This document shows positions 54,584-64,000 of a DNA stretch of 64,000 nucleotides, one piece after another. A program made the position numbers and the translations under genes. Source of the stretch: an uncultured Enterobacteriaceae bacterium (lineage in GTDB: Bacteria; Pseudomonadota; Gammaproteobacteria; Ga0077536); assembly GCA_964523765.1 (NCBI GenBank), contig CAZFZX010000005.1, positions 329 through 64,328 of the forward strand, in the 5' to 3' direction. How positions within the stretch are numbered: position 1 is the first letter of the stretch; every line of letters begins with the position of its first letter. The notes below the pieces were generated by a model. It did not search any database and was not told where the DNA came from. It saw nothing but the letters and a program-made list of their open reading frames with translations.

Positions 54584-56737
54584 TTAAGCCTTTTTGCGCA
54601 TGACGCGAGCGACCGTCTTGATTGCGCGGAGTTTGCGGATCAGATCCGCGAGGTGTTTGCGATTTTTCAACGCAACGACCACTCGCATATGCGAATGCCG
54701 TTCGTCGCGTTCGCTTAACTCGACTTCTTCGATGTTCGCGCTTTGATCGGCGACGGCGGCGGCGATCGTGGCGAGTACACCGCGCCGATTGACGACGTCG
54801 AGTGAGAGTTCGACGTTGAATTCCTGTTCGATGTCCCGCGCCCACTCGACGTCGATCCACTTGTCCTGATTGTCTCGGCCGTCTACGACGTTGGAGCAGG
54901 AGGGTTGGTGAACGACGATACCCCGGCCTGAAGTCAGAACTCCCACTATTGGATCGCCCGGGATCGGGTAGCAGCATTTCGGAAAACTGACCACCATGCC
55001 TTCGGTACCGCGGATCAGTAGTGGACTCGGCGCCGCCGATCTGCGCAATAGGCGGCGCCGCTTGGGCTTGGGCATTTCTTCCTGCACCCCGGCGAGCGCG
55101 CGGGCAACCAGCGGCGCCGGACGGTTACCGAGGCCGATTTCGGCTAGGAGTGCCTCGATACTTTCGAGTTTGAAGTTCTCCAACGTCGTTTGGACGCGTT
55201 CTTCAAAAAGCGTAGTCAGCGTCAAGGAGAAATAATCGAGTTCGCGTTCGAGCATCCGTTTGCCGAGGGTTCGAGCTTCGTCTACCTGGAGGTTCTTTAG
55301 AAAATGTCTGATGTTCGCTCGCGCTTTCCCCGTACTGACGAACGTCAACCAGGCCGGGTTCGGGCGCGCGCCGGGCGCGGTGACGATTTCGACCGTCTGT
55401 CCGGTTTCCAGCGGCGTTCGCAGCGGAGCGAGGCGCCGGTTAACACGACACGCGACGCAGGTATTACCGATATCGGTATGGATCGCATAAGCGAGGTCGA
55501 CCGCCGTCGCTCCGCGTGGCAACTCGAGAATTTCGCCTTTCGGGGTGAATACGTAGATGTCGTTCGGGAACAGATCCACCCTGATGTGTTCCAGAAATTC
55601 CTGTGAATCGCCGGCTTGGCTGTGCATTTCGAGAACCCCGCGCAACCACTCGCGAGCACGCTTATGCGCGCTTTTTGCGGCACTTCCTCCGGACTTGTAC
55701 AACCAGTGCGCGGCGATTCCCGCTTCGGCGACCTGGTCCATTTCGTTCGTTCTGATCTGGACTTCGATTGGTACACCAAAGGGACCGAATAGCACTGTGT
55801 GTAAAGACTGATAGCCGTTAACCTTGGGGATCGCGATGTAATCTTTGAATTTTCCCGGTACAGGCTTATAGAGCCCGTGGATCACGCCGAGCGCGCGATA
55901 ACAGGTATCAACAGAATCCACGACCACCCGAAACGCATAAACATCATGGACTTCCGAGAACGGGAGGTGCTTTTCCTGCATTTTGCAGTAAATGCTGTAG
56001 AGGTGCTTTTCGCGCCCGACAACACGCGCCACGAGGTGTTCCTGACGCAGGTTCCGCTTGATCCGATTATTGATCTTATTGACCACTTCCTTGCGGTTTC
56101 CACGAATACGGTGGATTTCGTGTTTGATGACCCGGTAGCGCATCGGGAAAAGCGCCGCGAACCCGAGTTCTTCCAACTCGAGTCGTATGCCGTTTATACC
56201 GAGACGTTGCGCGATCGGGGCGTAAATGTCGAGAGTCTCACGCGCAATCCTGCGACGCTTATCCGGCGCGAGCGCGCGGAGCGTACGCATATTGTGCAGG
56301 CGATCGGCTAGTTTCACGAGGATGACGCGGATATCGTCGGCCATCGCCATCAGCATCTTCTGGAAATTCGAAGCCTGTTTATCCGCGTGAGACTCGAATT
56401 CGATCTGCGTCAGCTTGCTCAGCCCGTCGACTATCGTCGCGACTTCGTCACCGAATTCACCGCTGATCTTTTCCTTTCCCGTCGTGGTGTCTTCAATGAC
56501 GTCGTGCAATATGGCGGCGACCAGGGTGTCCTGGTCCATGTGCATTTCTGCGAGAATATTTGCGACTTCAAGCGGATGCTGGATGTAGGGTTCGCCGCTG
56601 AGCCGTAATTGCCCGGAATGGGCATTGGCACCGAACTCGTAGGCTCGGCCTATTTTGTCGACTTGTTCGTCGGTTAGGTACGAACCGACGCGGTTACAGA
56701 GATCATCGATTGCCAGTAACTGCGTTTCGGCATGCAT
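54584..56737 (-). CDS. spoT: bifunctional (p)ppGpp synthetase/hydrolase
   Basis: 717 aa. Intact HD hydrolase motif (HPLEV...ILHDVIEDT), RelA/SpoT synthetase domain, TGS and ACT regions. Lies in the gmk-rpoZ-spoT-recG context. Confidence 0.9.
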   Translation of the reverse strand: MHAETQLLAIDDLCNRVGSYLTDEQVDKIGRAYEFGANAHSGQLRLSGEPYIQHPLEVANILAEMHMDQDTLVAAILHDVIEDTTTGKEKISGEFGDEVATIVDGLSKLTQIEFESHADKQASNFQKMLMAMADDIRVILVKLADRLHNMRTLRALAPDKRRRIARETLDIYAPIAQRLGINGIRLELEELGFAALFPMRYRVIKHEIHRIRGNRKEVVNKINNRIKRNLRQEHLVARVVGREKHLYSIYCKMQEKHLPFSEVHDVYAFRVVVDSVDTCYRALGVIHGLYKPVPGKFKDYIAIPKVNGYQSLHTVLFGPFGVPIEVQIRTNEMDQVAEAGIAAHWLYKSGGSAAKSAHKRAREWLRGVLEMHSQAGDSQEFLEHIRVDLFPNDIYVFTPKGEILELPRGATAVDLAYAIHTDIGNTCVACRVNRRLAPLRTPLETGQTVEIVTAPGARPNPAWLTFVSTGKARANIRHFLKNLQVDEARTLGKRMLERELDYFSLTLTTLFEERVQTTLENFKLESIEALLAEIGLGNRPAPLVARALAGVQEEMPKPKRRRLLRRSAAPSPLLIRGTEGMVVSFPKCCYPIPGDPIVGVLTSGRGIVVHQPSCSNVVDGRDNQDKWIDVEWARDIEQEFNVELSLDVVNRRGVLATIAAAVADQSANIEEVELSERDERHSHMRVVVALKNRKHLADLIRKLRAIKTVARVMRKKA

Positions 56738-56766
56738 GGCATTTCACTGGCGCCGTCCGGACAGGT

Positions 56767-57048
56767 TTAGAGCAGGTCGGCGGGCGGCTGTTCAAGCGCC
56801 GCGAATTCGGCCGCGAGTTCGAATTCCTCGGCGGCACGTTCTTTTGCTTCGATTTCGTCGAGAACCTCGGCGTTCATCACGCCGGCCGCGATCTCCCGCA
56901 AGGCGACGACCGTCGGTTTGTCATCTTCTTCTTCCACTAGGGACGGCGCACCCATCGATAGCTGCCGCGCTCGCCGAGCAGCCGCCAACACGAGGTCGAA
57001 ACGATTGTCTATGAACGGCAGGCAGTCTTCTACTGTCAGTCGGGCCAT
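56767..57048 (-). CDS. rpoZ: RNA polymerase omega subunit
   Basis: [30 protein letters not shown]. Confidence 0.9.
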   Translation of the reverse strand: MARLTVEDCLPFIDNRFDLVLAAARRARQLSMGAPSLVEEEDDKPTVVALREIAAGVMNAEVLDEIEAKERAAEEFELAAEFAALEQPPADLL

Positions 57049-57096
57049 TTCTTATTAACCTCTTGAAGATCCGGAAAAATTTGTCTTATAAGCATA

Positions 57097-57744
57097 TCAA
57101 AGTGCGTCGGCCGATGCCATCAAACCGGCGAGATTAGGGCGGAGCCGCCGCCGCTGGACTGCGGTTTTCAGGCGGCACGCTGTAACGATGGCGCAAACTT
57201 CCTCGAGCGCTTGATCGAAATCGTCGTTGATGACGAGGAATTCGTACTCCCCGAAATGGGACATCTCGCTCATCGCGGCTTCCATGCGTTGTTCGATAAC
57301 TTGCAGATTGTCGCCGCCGCGGCCGATTAGCCGCTCGCGTAGCACCTCCTTGGACGGCGGAAGAATGAATATCGACACAGCTTCTGGGAAGACTCGGCGG
57401 ACATTGCGCGCGCCTTGCCAGTCGATTTCGAGCATGAGGTCGATACCGTTGTCCAATGACCGTTGGACCTGCGCTCGGGAGGTCCCGTAGAGATTGCCGA
57501 AGACTTCCGCGTGTTCCAAAAAGTCGCCATTGGAAATCATTTGCCGGAATGCCTCTTTATCGACGAAAAAGTAGTCTTCGCCCTCGGTTTCGCCGGCGCG
57601 GCGCGATCTCGTCGTATACGACGTCGACGTTGAGACCGCGTCCGTGCTTGCTACCATTGCCCGGACGAGGCTCGTTTTGCCGGCGCCGGACGGCGCGGAT
57701 ATGACAATTAAGTTGCCGATGTCCCGATCCATCGTCTTACTCAA
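57097..57744 (-). CDS. gmk: guanylate kinase
   Basis: P-loop SAPSGAGKTSL and the YFFV...F motif. Confidence 0.9.
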   Translation of the reverse strand: MSKTMDRDIGNLIVISAPSGAGKTSLVRAMVASTDAVSTSTSYTTRSRRAGETEGEDYFFVDKEAFRQMISNGDFLEHAEVFGNLYGTSRAQVQRSLDNGIDLMLEIDWQGARNVRRVFPEAVSIFILPPSKEVLRERLIGRGGDNLQVIEQRMEAAMSEMSHFGEYEFLVINDDFDQALEEVCAIVTACRLKTAVQRRRLRPNLAGLMASADAL

Positions 57745-58603
57745 CGTTCTGGATCTGCTCGCGCATTTGCTCGATTAGGACCTTCAGTTCAACGGATGCC
57801 GTCGAAGTATCGATGTGTGAAGATTTAGACCCGACGGTATTCGCCTCGCGATTCAGTTCCTGCATGAGGAAATCCAACCGCCGACCGGCGGGAGAGCCCT
57901 GCTCGAGGACCCGCCGTACCTCTTCGACATGTGCATCGAGCCGATCCAATTCTTCTGCTACGTCAAGTTTTTGCATTAGCAACGCGCATTCTTGTTCTAC
58001 ACGACCTTTATCGAGATCCTGCAAGTAATCTTGAAGCCTTTGTACGTAACGTTCATGTATGAGGTCCATGATCTCCGGTACGCGGGTACGCAGTGCCGTG
58101 ACTTGGGCGGCGATTCCGTCGCAACGCTGGCCGATCAGATCGTCGAGTTTTTCACCCTCGCGCCGCCTCGTCGCGACGAGTTGGTCGACCGCGTCTTCGA
58201 AAGCCCGGCGGATCTCGAGCGAGATCTGCTGGGCGTCGAGCTTTTCGACCTCGAGGACGCCGGGCCATTTCAAGATCTCCATCGGATCCGGGGCGCCGCC
58301 GTCAACCGTCATGGAAGCGATCTGTCCAGCCGCGGTGACAACCGAGCGTGCAAGCGTCTGATTAACGACGAGCGAATTCGTCGTCGTCTCGTTCGGCTCG
58401 ACGCGCAGATTGCAGTCGATCTTGCCGCGTTTTAGACGGTCGAGCAGTATCGTACGAAGATCAGACTCAAGGCCGCGAAAATCTTCCGGCATACGAAAAT
58501 AGATCTCGGCGTACCGATGATTGACCGACCGCATTTCCCACGTAATCCGACCCACTTCACCTTCTCGGGTGCACCGGGCGAACGCGGTCATACTGAATAA
58601 CAT
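57737..58603 (-). CDS. yicC: YicC-family stress-induced protein
   Basis: 288 aa. MTAFAR...W.MRSVNHRY at the N-terminus and a C-terminal EQ.QNVE. Divergent from rph, as in E. coli. Confidence 0.85.
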   Translation of the reverse strand: MLFSMTAFARCTREGEVGRITWEMRSVNHRYAEIYFRMPEDFRGLESDLRTILLDRLKRGKIDCNLRVEPNETTTNSLVVNQTLARSVVTAAGQIASMTVDGGAPDPMEILKWPGVLEVEKLDAQQISLEIRRAFEDAVDQLVATRRREGEKLDDLIGQRCDGIAAQVTALRTRVPEIMDLIHERYVQRLQDYLQDLDKGRVEQECALLMQKLDVAEELDRLDAHVEEVRRVLEQGSPAGRRLDFLMQELNREANTVGSKSSHIDTSTASVELKVLIEQMREQIQNVE

Positions 58604-58812
58604 GGGTTTCTCCTGCCCTAACCTGCAATTGTCGCCTGGCGGCGAGTTCGGGTCACGATTCGGAATGAGTGGAAAGACACGTTGGATCTTGGTGCAACCT
58701 GCCGGCTAATAGCCGACATCTTAACGGTTCGAGATTATTCGGCAAAGCAGGGAAGCTGTTCCTAAACACAGGTATAATTCCTGCTCTTCACAATTAGGCC
58801 CTTTCCATAGAG

Positions 58813-59547
58813 ATGATAGACCGACCCAGCGGTCGCGCAGCCGATGAAATGCGCACGGTGAAGTTTTCGCGGCATTACACGATGCATGCCGAGGGTTCGG
58901 TAATGGTCGAATTCGGCAACACCAAGGTGCTCTGCAACGCGACGGTAGAGGACCGGGTGCCGGGTTTTCTCAAAGGCAAGGGAGAGGGCTGGGTCACCGC
59001 AGAATACGGGATGCTGCCGCGATCGACGAATTCGCGCATGCGTCGCGAAGCGTCGCAGGGTCGCCAAGGTGGACGGACACTGGAGATCCAACGGCTGATC
59101 GGACGATCCCTGCGCGCGGTGGTCGATCGGCGCGCGCTGGGCGAGCGGACCATCACCATCGACTGCGACGTTATCCAGGCGGACGGCGGCACCAGAACCG
59201 CTTCGATCACCGGAGGTTATATCGCGTTGGCCGACGCGGTGACGAGACGTCTCGCCGACGGGAGCCTGGCCCGTAATCCGCTTCACGGTACGGTAGCGTC
59301 GGTGTCGGTCGGGATCTACAACGGAGCGCCGGTCTTGGATCTCGACTATCTCGAGGACTCGAATGCCGAGACCGACATGAACGTAGTGATGAATAATGCG
59401 GGACATTTCGTCGAGGTGCAGGGGACGGCAGAAGGACATGCTTTCCGTCGGGATGAATTCGATGCGCTCCTCGATCTGGCGACGCACGGTATCGAACACT
59501 TGTTGATGTTGCAGGAGCACGTCCTGAAGGATACTGCCCCAGGCTGA
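58813..59547 (+). CDS. rph: ribonuclease PH
   Basis: Collinear with E. coli Rph as recalled from memory: [57 protein letters not shown]. Confidence 0.95.
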   Translation: MIDRPSGRAADEMRTVKFSRHYTMHAEGSVMVEFGNTKVLCNATVEDRVPGFLKGKGEGWVTAEYGMLPRSTNSRMRREASQGRQGGRTLEIQRLIGRSLRAVVDRRALGERTITIDCDVIQADGGTRTASITGGYIALADAVTRRLADGSLARNPLHGTVASVSVGIYNGAPVLDLDYLEDSNAETDMNVVMNNAGHFVEVQGTAEGHAFRRDEFDALLDLATHGIEHLLMLQEHVLKDTAPG

Positions 59548-59595
59548 TCCTATCGGGTTCGTCGCGCAGCATTCTGGAACAGGGTCTGATAACCG

Positions 59596-60195
59596 GTGGA
59601 GGTCGTGCTGGCAAGCGGGAACCGCGGTAAGCTAGAAGAGCTGGCGGTGCTTCTCGAGGAAGTCCCGGTACACATCCGCGCGCAATCCGAATTCGAAGTA
59701 CCCGCGGTCCGCGAGAGCGGTTTCTCATTTATCGAAAATGCGATCATCAAAGCGCGCAATGCCGCCGCCCATTCGTCGCGCCCGGCTCTCGCCGATGATT
59801 CCGGTATCGCGGTGGACGCATTGGGCGGCGCTCCCGGGATCTATTCCGCGCGTTATGCCGGGGAAGGCGCGACCGATGCCGCGAATGTTGAAAAGCTGCT
59901 CGCCGACGCCGCGCACTTACCCGATGATCGGCGGCGCTGTCGGTTCATCTGCGTGGCGGCGTTTTTGCGTCACGAGGACGACTCGGTGCCGATCGTTTGT
60001 CAAGGCGCGTGGGATGGGCGACTCATGCGGCAACCGGTCGGGACTGGCGGGTTCGGTTACGATCCGGTTTTTTGGGTGCCGGAGCACAGTTGTTCGTCGG
60101 CGCAACTGCCGCTCGCGGTAAAGAATACGATCAGCCACCGCGCGCGCGCGATGCTTCAGATCGCCGAAGCGTTGCGAGGCGAAGTGGCCGGATAA
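59596..60195 (+). CDS. rdgB: dITP/XTP pyrophosphatase (RdgB/HAM1)
   Basis: VVLASGNRGKLEE, DDSGI.VDALGGAPGIYSARY, FGYDP.F. GTG start. Confidence 0.9.
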   Translation: MEVVLASGNRGKLEELAVLLEEVPVHIRAQSEFEVPAVRESGFSFIENAIIKARNAAAHSSRPALADDSGIAVDALGGAPGIYSARYAGEGATDAANVEKLLADAAHLPDDRRRCRFICVAAFLRHEDDSVPIVCQGAWDGRLMRQPVGTGGFGYDPVFWVPEHSCSSAQLPLAVKNTISHRARAMLQIAEALRGEVAG

Positions 60196-60210
60196 ACCGA
60201 ACCGCGTTTG

Positions 60211-61359
60211 ATGGGAGCCGCCCAAGACATTCCTCTCGGCCTATACGTGCATCTGCCTTGGTGCAAACGCAAATGTCCGTACTGCGATTTCAACTCGCAC
60301 GAAGCGACCCGTGACATCCCATTCACCCGTTACGTCGATGCGCTGCTGGCGGACCTGAAAACGGAGTTGGCCTACGTCGAAGGTCGGCCGGTGGATACAA
60401 TTTTCATCGGCGGGGGTACCCCAAGCCTGTTTTCCGGCAGCGCGATCCGGCGGCTACTCGATGGCCTCCGGAAACTGATCGAGTGGCGCGGCGATATCGA
60501 AATTACCTTGGAAGCCAACCCCGGAGCCGCCGACGCTGGACGGTTCGAAGCTTATCGCGCCGCCGGCGTCAACCGGCTTTCGATTGGCGTGCAGACCTTC
60601 AGTGACCGCCAGCTCGCTCGGATTGGTAGGATCCACGACGCGGCCGCCGCTTATTCGGCGCTCGATGCAGCTCGTGCCGCCGGATTCGAGAATATCAATA
60701 TCGATTTGATGTTCGGTTTACCCGGCTGCCGCGCTGATGACAGCCTCGTCGACTTACGGGCCGCGATTGCGTTGGGGCCGGAGCACATATCCTGGTACCA
60801 GCTAACCATTGAACCCGGCACCGCCTTCGCGCAAGAATCGCCCGAACTGCCGGCACACGACGCGATCGCGAGCACATTCGATTCCGGTCGGGGAATGCTC
60901 ACGGCCGCGGGTTACGAGCAATACGAAATCTCTGCGTATGCGCAGCCCGGGACGCGCGCGCATCACAATCTCAATTATTGGGAGTTCGGCGACTATATTG
61001 GTATCGGTGCCGGTGCACACGGTAAGCTGACGACGGCTCGCGGTGCATTTCGCACGGAGAAGTGCTGCGGCCCAGTTGCCTACATGGCGCGCGCGGGCGC
61101 CGCCGGCTGCGAGATCCGTAACGGGCCGCTGACCGATGCGCAGCTAGTCGCCGAATTCGCCATGAACGCGCTACGTCTTCGTCGCGGTTATCACGAGAAT
61201 CTGTTTACGGCACGTACCGGCCTCGCTGCCACAGCTGCCGCCGGACCGCTGCGGGAGGCTTGCAAACGCGGCTGGATAGAGCGCGAAGCCGGCGTCATCA
61301 GGCCAACGGAGCTGGGCTATCGATTCCTCGACGATCTGCAACTGTTGTTTGTCCAATAG
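60211..61359 (+). CDS. hemW: radical SAM heme chaperone HemW (YggW)
   Basis: LYVHLPWCKRKCPYCDF CxxxCxxC motif, GGGTPS, and a HemN_C-like tail. Follows rdgB, as in E. coli. Confidence 0.85.
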   Translation: MGAAQDIPLGLYVHLPWCKRKCPYCDFNSHEATRDIPFTRYVDALLADLKTELAYVEGRPVDTIFIGGGTPSLFSGSAIRRLLDGLRKLIEWRGDIEITLEANPGAADAGRFEAYRAAGVNRLSIGVQTFSDRQLARIGRIHDAAAAYSALDAARAAGFENINIDLMFGLPGCRADDSLVDLRAAIALGPEHISWYQLTIEPGTAFAQESPELPAHDAIASTFDSGRGMLTAAGYEQYEISAYAQPGTRAHHNLNYWEFGDYIGIGAGAHGKLTTARGAFRTEKCCGPVAYMARAGAAGCEIRNGPLTDAQLVAEFAMNALRLRRGYHENLFTARTGLAATAAAGPLREACKRGWIEREAGVIRPTELGYRFLDDLQLLFVQ

Positions 61360-61659
61360 CTCCGCTCAGGCGTGTCCGTGCGCTGGATGAGGCGCTCGCC
61401 GATCGGCCTTGGCGGGCCCTAAGGGCTTTTTCGGTTGTCGTTACGCGCACGGACCTCGAGCGCGCCTATAGCTGCCCGCGATCACCCATCCGGGAGATTT
61501 CGAAAACCTGATTTATCAGATAATTAGCTGCGCCGACGCGCAGAAATGCCGACGCTCTCCAGACGGCGCTACGCAGCCGCGTAGCGGTGTTTCGAACCCT
61601 CAAGTTTTGCCGCCGGCCGGCCGATAGATTCGTTGTTGCTACTTCACTCGGCGGCCTCG

Positions 61660-63306
61660 ATGGCATTGAACTTAGAAAGATACAAGATCCTGATCGTGGA
61701 TAACGTCCGCGAAATGCGGACTTCCCTGCGAGGGATCTCGAAGTCTCTGGGGGCACAAACGATTTACGAAGCGAAATCCGGCGCCGAGGCAATCGAACAG
61801 TTGCAGACTCACGATGTCGACATCGTTCTCAGCGACTACATGCTGGGAGCGGGTCGCGACGGGCTGCAGGTATTCGAGGAAGCCAAGGAGTTCGGGATGA
61901 TCGCGCCGCACGCGGCTTACATCATCATCACCGCCGAAGACACCAAAGACGTTGTCATGGCCGTTGTCGAGCATTCGCCGGACGACTATCTTGTAAAACC
62001 GCTCAATAAAGCAGCGTTGGAGGTTCGCCTGGAAAAGGTTCTCCACCGCAAACGCGTATTCAAGGAGATCGAGGCGCAGACGATGGCTGGCAACTTCGCC
62101 AAGGCGGCTGCAATCTGTGACCTCATGGTCGGACGAAACGCCGAGTTACATTTGGACCTGCTCCATGCGAAGGCGGAGGCGCTGATTCAAGCCGGGGATG
62201 CCGAACACGCCGCCGAACTCTCTGCCGGTATCCTGGTAGAACAGGAAGTTCCGTGGGCAACAGTATGCATGGGACGTGCGAGTTACCTCATGGGCAATAT
62301 CGTAAAAGCACGATTGTTGTTCGAAAAGGCTATCAAGCAAGATCTCACATTGATGGAGGCGTACGACAGGCTCGTTCACCTCGATCGCGAGACAGGCGAG
62401 CCGGAGTCTGCACAGAAAACGTTGCAGCAGGCCGTGGAACTGTCGCCGAAATCCATAAGACGGCACCAGCTGCTGGCCGACTTGGCCGTTGAAAACGGAG
62501 ATTATGAAACCGCTAGAGAGGCTTTCGAGGCAGCAGTTGATTTAGGTATTCATTCGTGTTTCTCACGTGTTGACGACCAAGTGGGGTTCGTCAACGCCGT
62601 TGCTGAAACCCGCGGCGCCGAGGCAGCGCTCGAAGTACTCATCGAATTGAGTGACTCCCCCGCTCGCACGGGTGCCTCGTCTCAAGCGGAACCGGACTGG
62701 AGGCTCGATTTGAGCCACGGAGAGATCCTGCTGGCCAACGAGCGCGCGGTTGATGCAAAAACCGCAATCGAGAAAGCGCTCAAAGGCTATCGCGCTGAAC
62801 CGCACGACACAGCGGGCCCGTCTGTGATTGCACTGGCCCAAGCTTGCTATGCCGTGGGGATGACCGTCGAAGCGCAGACATTGATGGATCGCATCGTCCG
62901 GGAAAACCACGATCGCGATGACATCCTCACCGCCGCGCGGGATATGTTTAGCGCGCTCGGCTTGGAAGGTGTGGGCAACGATCTCATCGAAAACGCCCGC
63001 CGCGCCGTCATCGAGATCAATAACCGCGGAGTGCAACTGGCGAAGGAACGTAAGTTGGACGATGCGGTAGACCTTCTGGCTCAGGCGTCGGACGAACTTC
63101 CGGGCAATCTCACCATCACCCTCAACGTACTGCGGGTGATACTGAGCCAAATGGGAGAGACTGGTTACACGAACCAGCGCCAGTACATGATTAACGAATA
63201 CATAAAGCGGGCCGAACGAATCGATGCTCGAAGTCCAAAGTTAGCGAAAATGCGCGAAAATGTATCCCATGTTCGGCAAATGGCAGAGCAGCAGGTGGTC
63301 GCCTAA
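61660..63306 (+). CDS. response regulator: receiver fused to a TPR-like helical domain
   Basis: Receiver motifs ILIVDN, IVLSDYMLG and LVKP, followed by about 420 aa of helical repeats. Confidence 0.8.
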   Translation: MALNLERYKILIVDNVREMRTSLRGISKSLGAQTIYEAKSGAEAIEQLQTHDVDIVLSDYMLGAGRDGLQVFEEAKEFGMIAPHAAYIIITAEDTKDVVMAVVEHSPDDYLVKPLNKAALEVRLEKVLHRKRVFKEIEAQTMAGNFAKAAAICDLMVGRNAELHLDLLHAKAEALIQAGDAEHAAELSAGILVEQEVPWATVCMGRASYLMGNIVKARLLFEKAIKQDLTLMEAYDRLVHLDRETGEPESAQKTLQQAVELSPKSIRRHQLLADLAVENGDYETAREAFEAAVDLGIHSCFSRVDDQVGFVNAVAETRGAEAALEVLIELSDSPARTGASSQAEPDWRLDLSHGEILLANERAVDAKTAIEKALKGYRAEPHDTAGPSVIALAQACYAVGMTVEAQTLMDRIVRENHDRDDILTAARDMFSALGLEGVGNDLIENARRAVIEINNRGVQLAKERKLDDAVDLLAQASDELPGNLTITLNVLRVILSQMGETGYTNQRQYMINEYIKRAERIDARSPKLAKMRENVSHVRQMAEQQVVA

Positions 63307-64000
63307 TGGGACATCGTGTCCAGGGACAAGGTCCCGATCCGGATTTCATGGAAGCCGTCGCCAATTGCGTTCACGACATAAAGAACTCGGCCGGCGCGCT
63401 CGTCCATAGCGCGGATTCAATACCGAGTAACGGAGTCGAACCCGAAACGCGACCACAATTAGCCGCCTTGCAAGTGCAAGCGCGGCAGATAAACCAGCAC
63501 ATAATTCAACTGCTGGCCCTCCATAAGACGCTTCGCTCGGAAGAAGGGATCTCTCCGGCCATAGTCGACTGCTGAGCACTGGTGATTGAGTTAGCCGCCG
63601 ATAACGAACTCTTGCTCGAGGCCCGCGGGATAAAATTCCTGCCCGACCACGGCGATCCGGTCGAGGGATATTTCGATCGCGAACTCGTGATCGAGATCCT
63701 GAATTCCGTAATCAATAGCGCGCAACGGCACGCCAAGAGCGCGGTTCGCCTTTCTTGCTGTATTGATGACGGGTACATCGTATTGGCCGTCGAGGATGAT
63801 GGCAACGGCTATCCAGAGGAGTTGCTCGGTCGCAGCGACGTCGACGTCAATTCGGCTGTGTCCGCGAAGTCTTCAGGTAGTACCGGATCGGCGTTACTTT
63901 TTGCTCGTCGTATTGCCGAACTCCACCGCTACCGAGATCGTATCGGTTGTGTAACCTTGTCGAACGACGGGATAGACGGCGGTGCTAGTTTCCGCCTGTG
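63306..64000 (+). pseudogene. sensor-less histidine kinase interrupted by an in-frame TGA (63573-63575); truncated by the window end
   Basis: H-box VHDIKNSAG lies upstream of the TGA. In the same frame downstream are the N-box EILNSVINSA, G1 VEDDGNGYP and G2 GSTGSAL. The ATG overlaps the upstream TAA (TAATG). Confidence 0.6.

Noticed and set aside
51955-57744. The gmk-rpoZ-spoT-ridA-recG operon has ridA where E. coli has trmH.
   Set aside because: This is a common synteny variant of a conserved housekeeping operon. Nothing in the sequence suggests novelty.
63573-63575. Selenocysteine (Cys-Sec) recoding at the in-frame TGA of the histidine kinase.
   Set aside because: I saw no convincing SECIS-like stem-loop in the 40 nt downstream. 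No sel genes are in the window, and there is no known selenoprotein precedent at this position of a kinase. It is kept only as a remote alternative within the finding.

Overview
GC-rich chromosomal window, probably from a gammaproteobacterium (inferred from gene content and synteny; GC not computed). The left two thirds are accessory, catabolic and envelope genes. In order these are: a cation/proton antiporter; a FixL-FixJ-FNR-receiver-hemerythrin oxygen-sensing island; a PQQ/cytochrome c dehydrogenase; and a five-gene acetophenone/acetone-carboxylase-like cluster (two HyuA paralogues, a Zn-ribbon gamma, HyuB and an orphan ORF). Next come a TetR regulator and a poorly characterised envelope set (MMPL-like RND, Ycf48-like propeller, DUF1302 barrel, DUF1329). 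That set is interrupted by a repeat-flanked ExbB-ExbD-ExbD-(TonB anchor fused to vWA)-TPR-COG0523 module. Further right are a thiolase, a methyltransferase, a 7TMR-DISM diguanylate cyclase, a second HyuA/HyuB pair whose HyuB carries a fused gamma domain, a ZIP transporter, a PLP lyase, PBP4 and a CoA-transferase. The right third is conserved housekeeping (ubiA, recG, ridA, spoT, rpoZ, gmk, yicC, rph, rdgB, hemW), followed by a receiver-TPR regulator and a sensor-less histidine kinase with an in-frame TGA. I saw no rRNA, tRNA, CRISPR array, transposase, integrase or phage genes. Intergenic DNA holds at least four families of small hairpin/MITE-like repeats, and several of them supply the stop codons of adjacent genes. 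The best candidate for an undescribed system is the ExbBD module: its TonB-like protein keeps the SxxxH anchor and Pro-rich spacer but carries a vWA domain instead of a TonB C-terminal domain. All family assignments come from reading motifs by eye and need HMM or BLAST confirmation.
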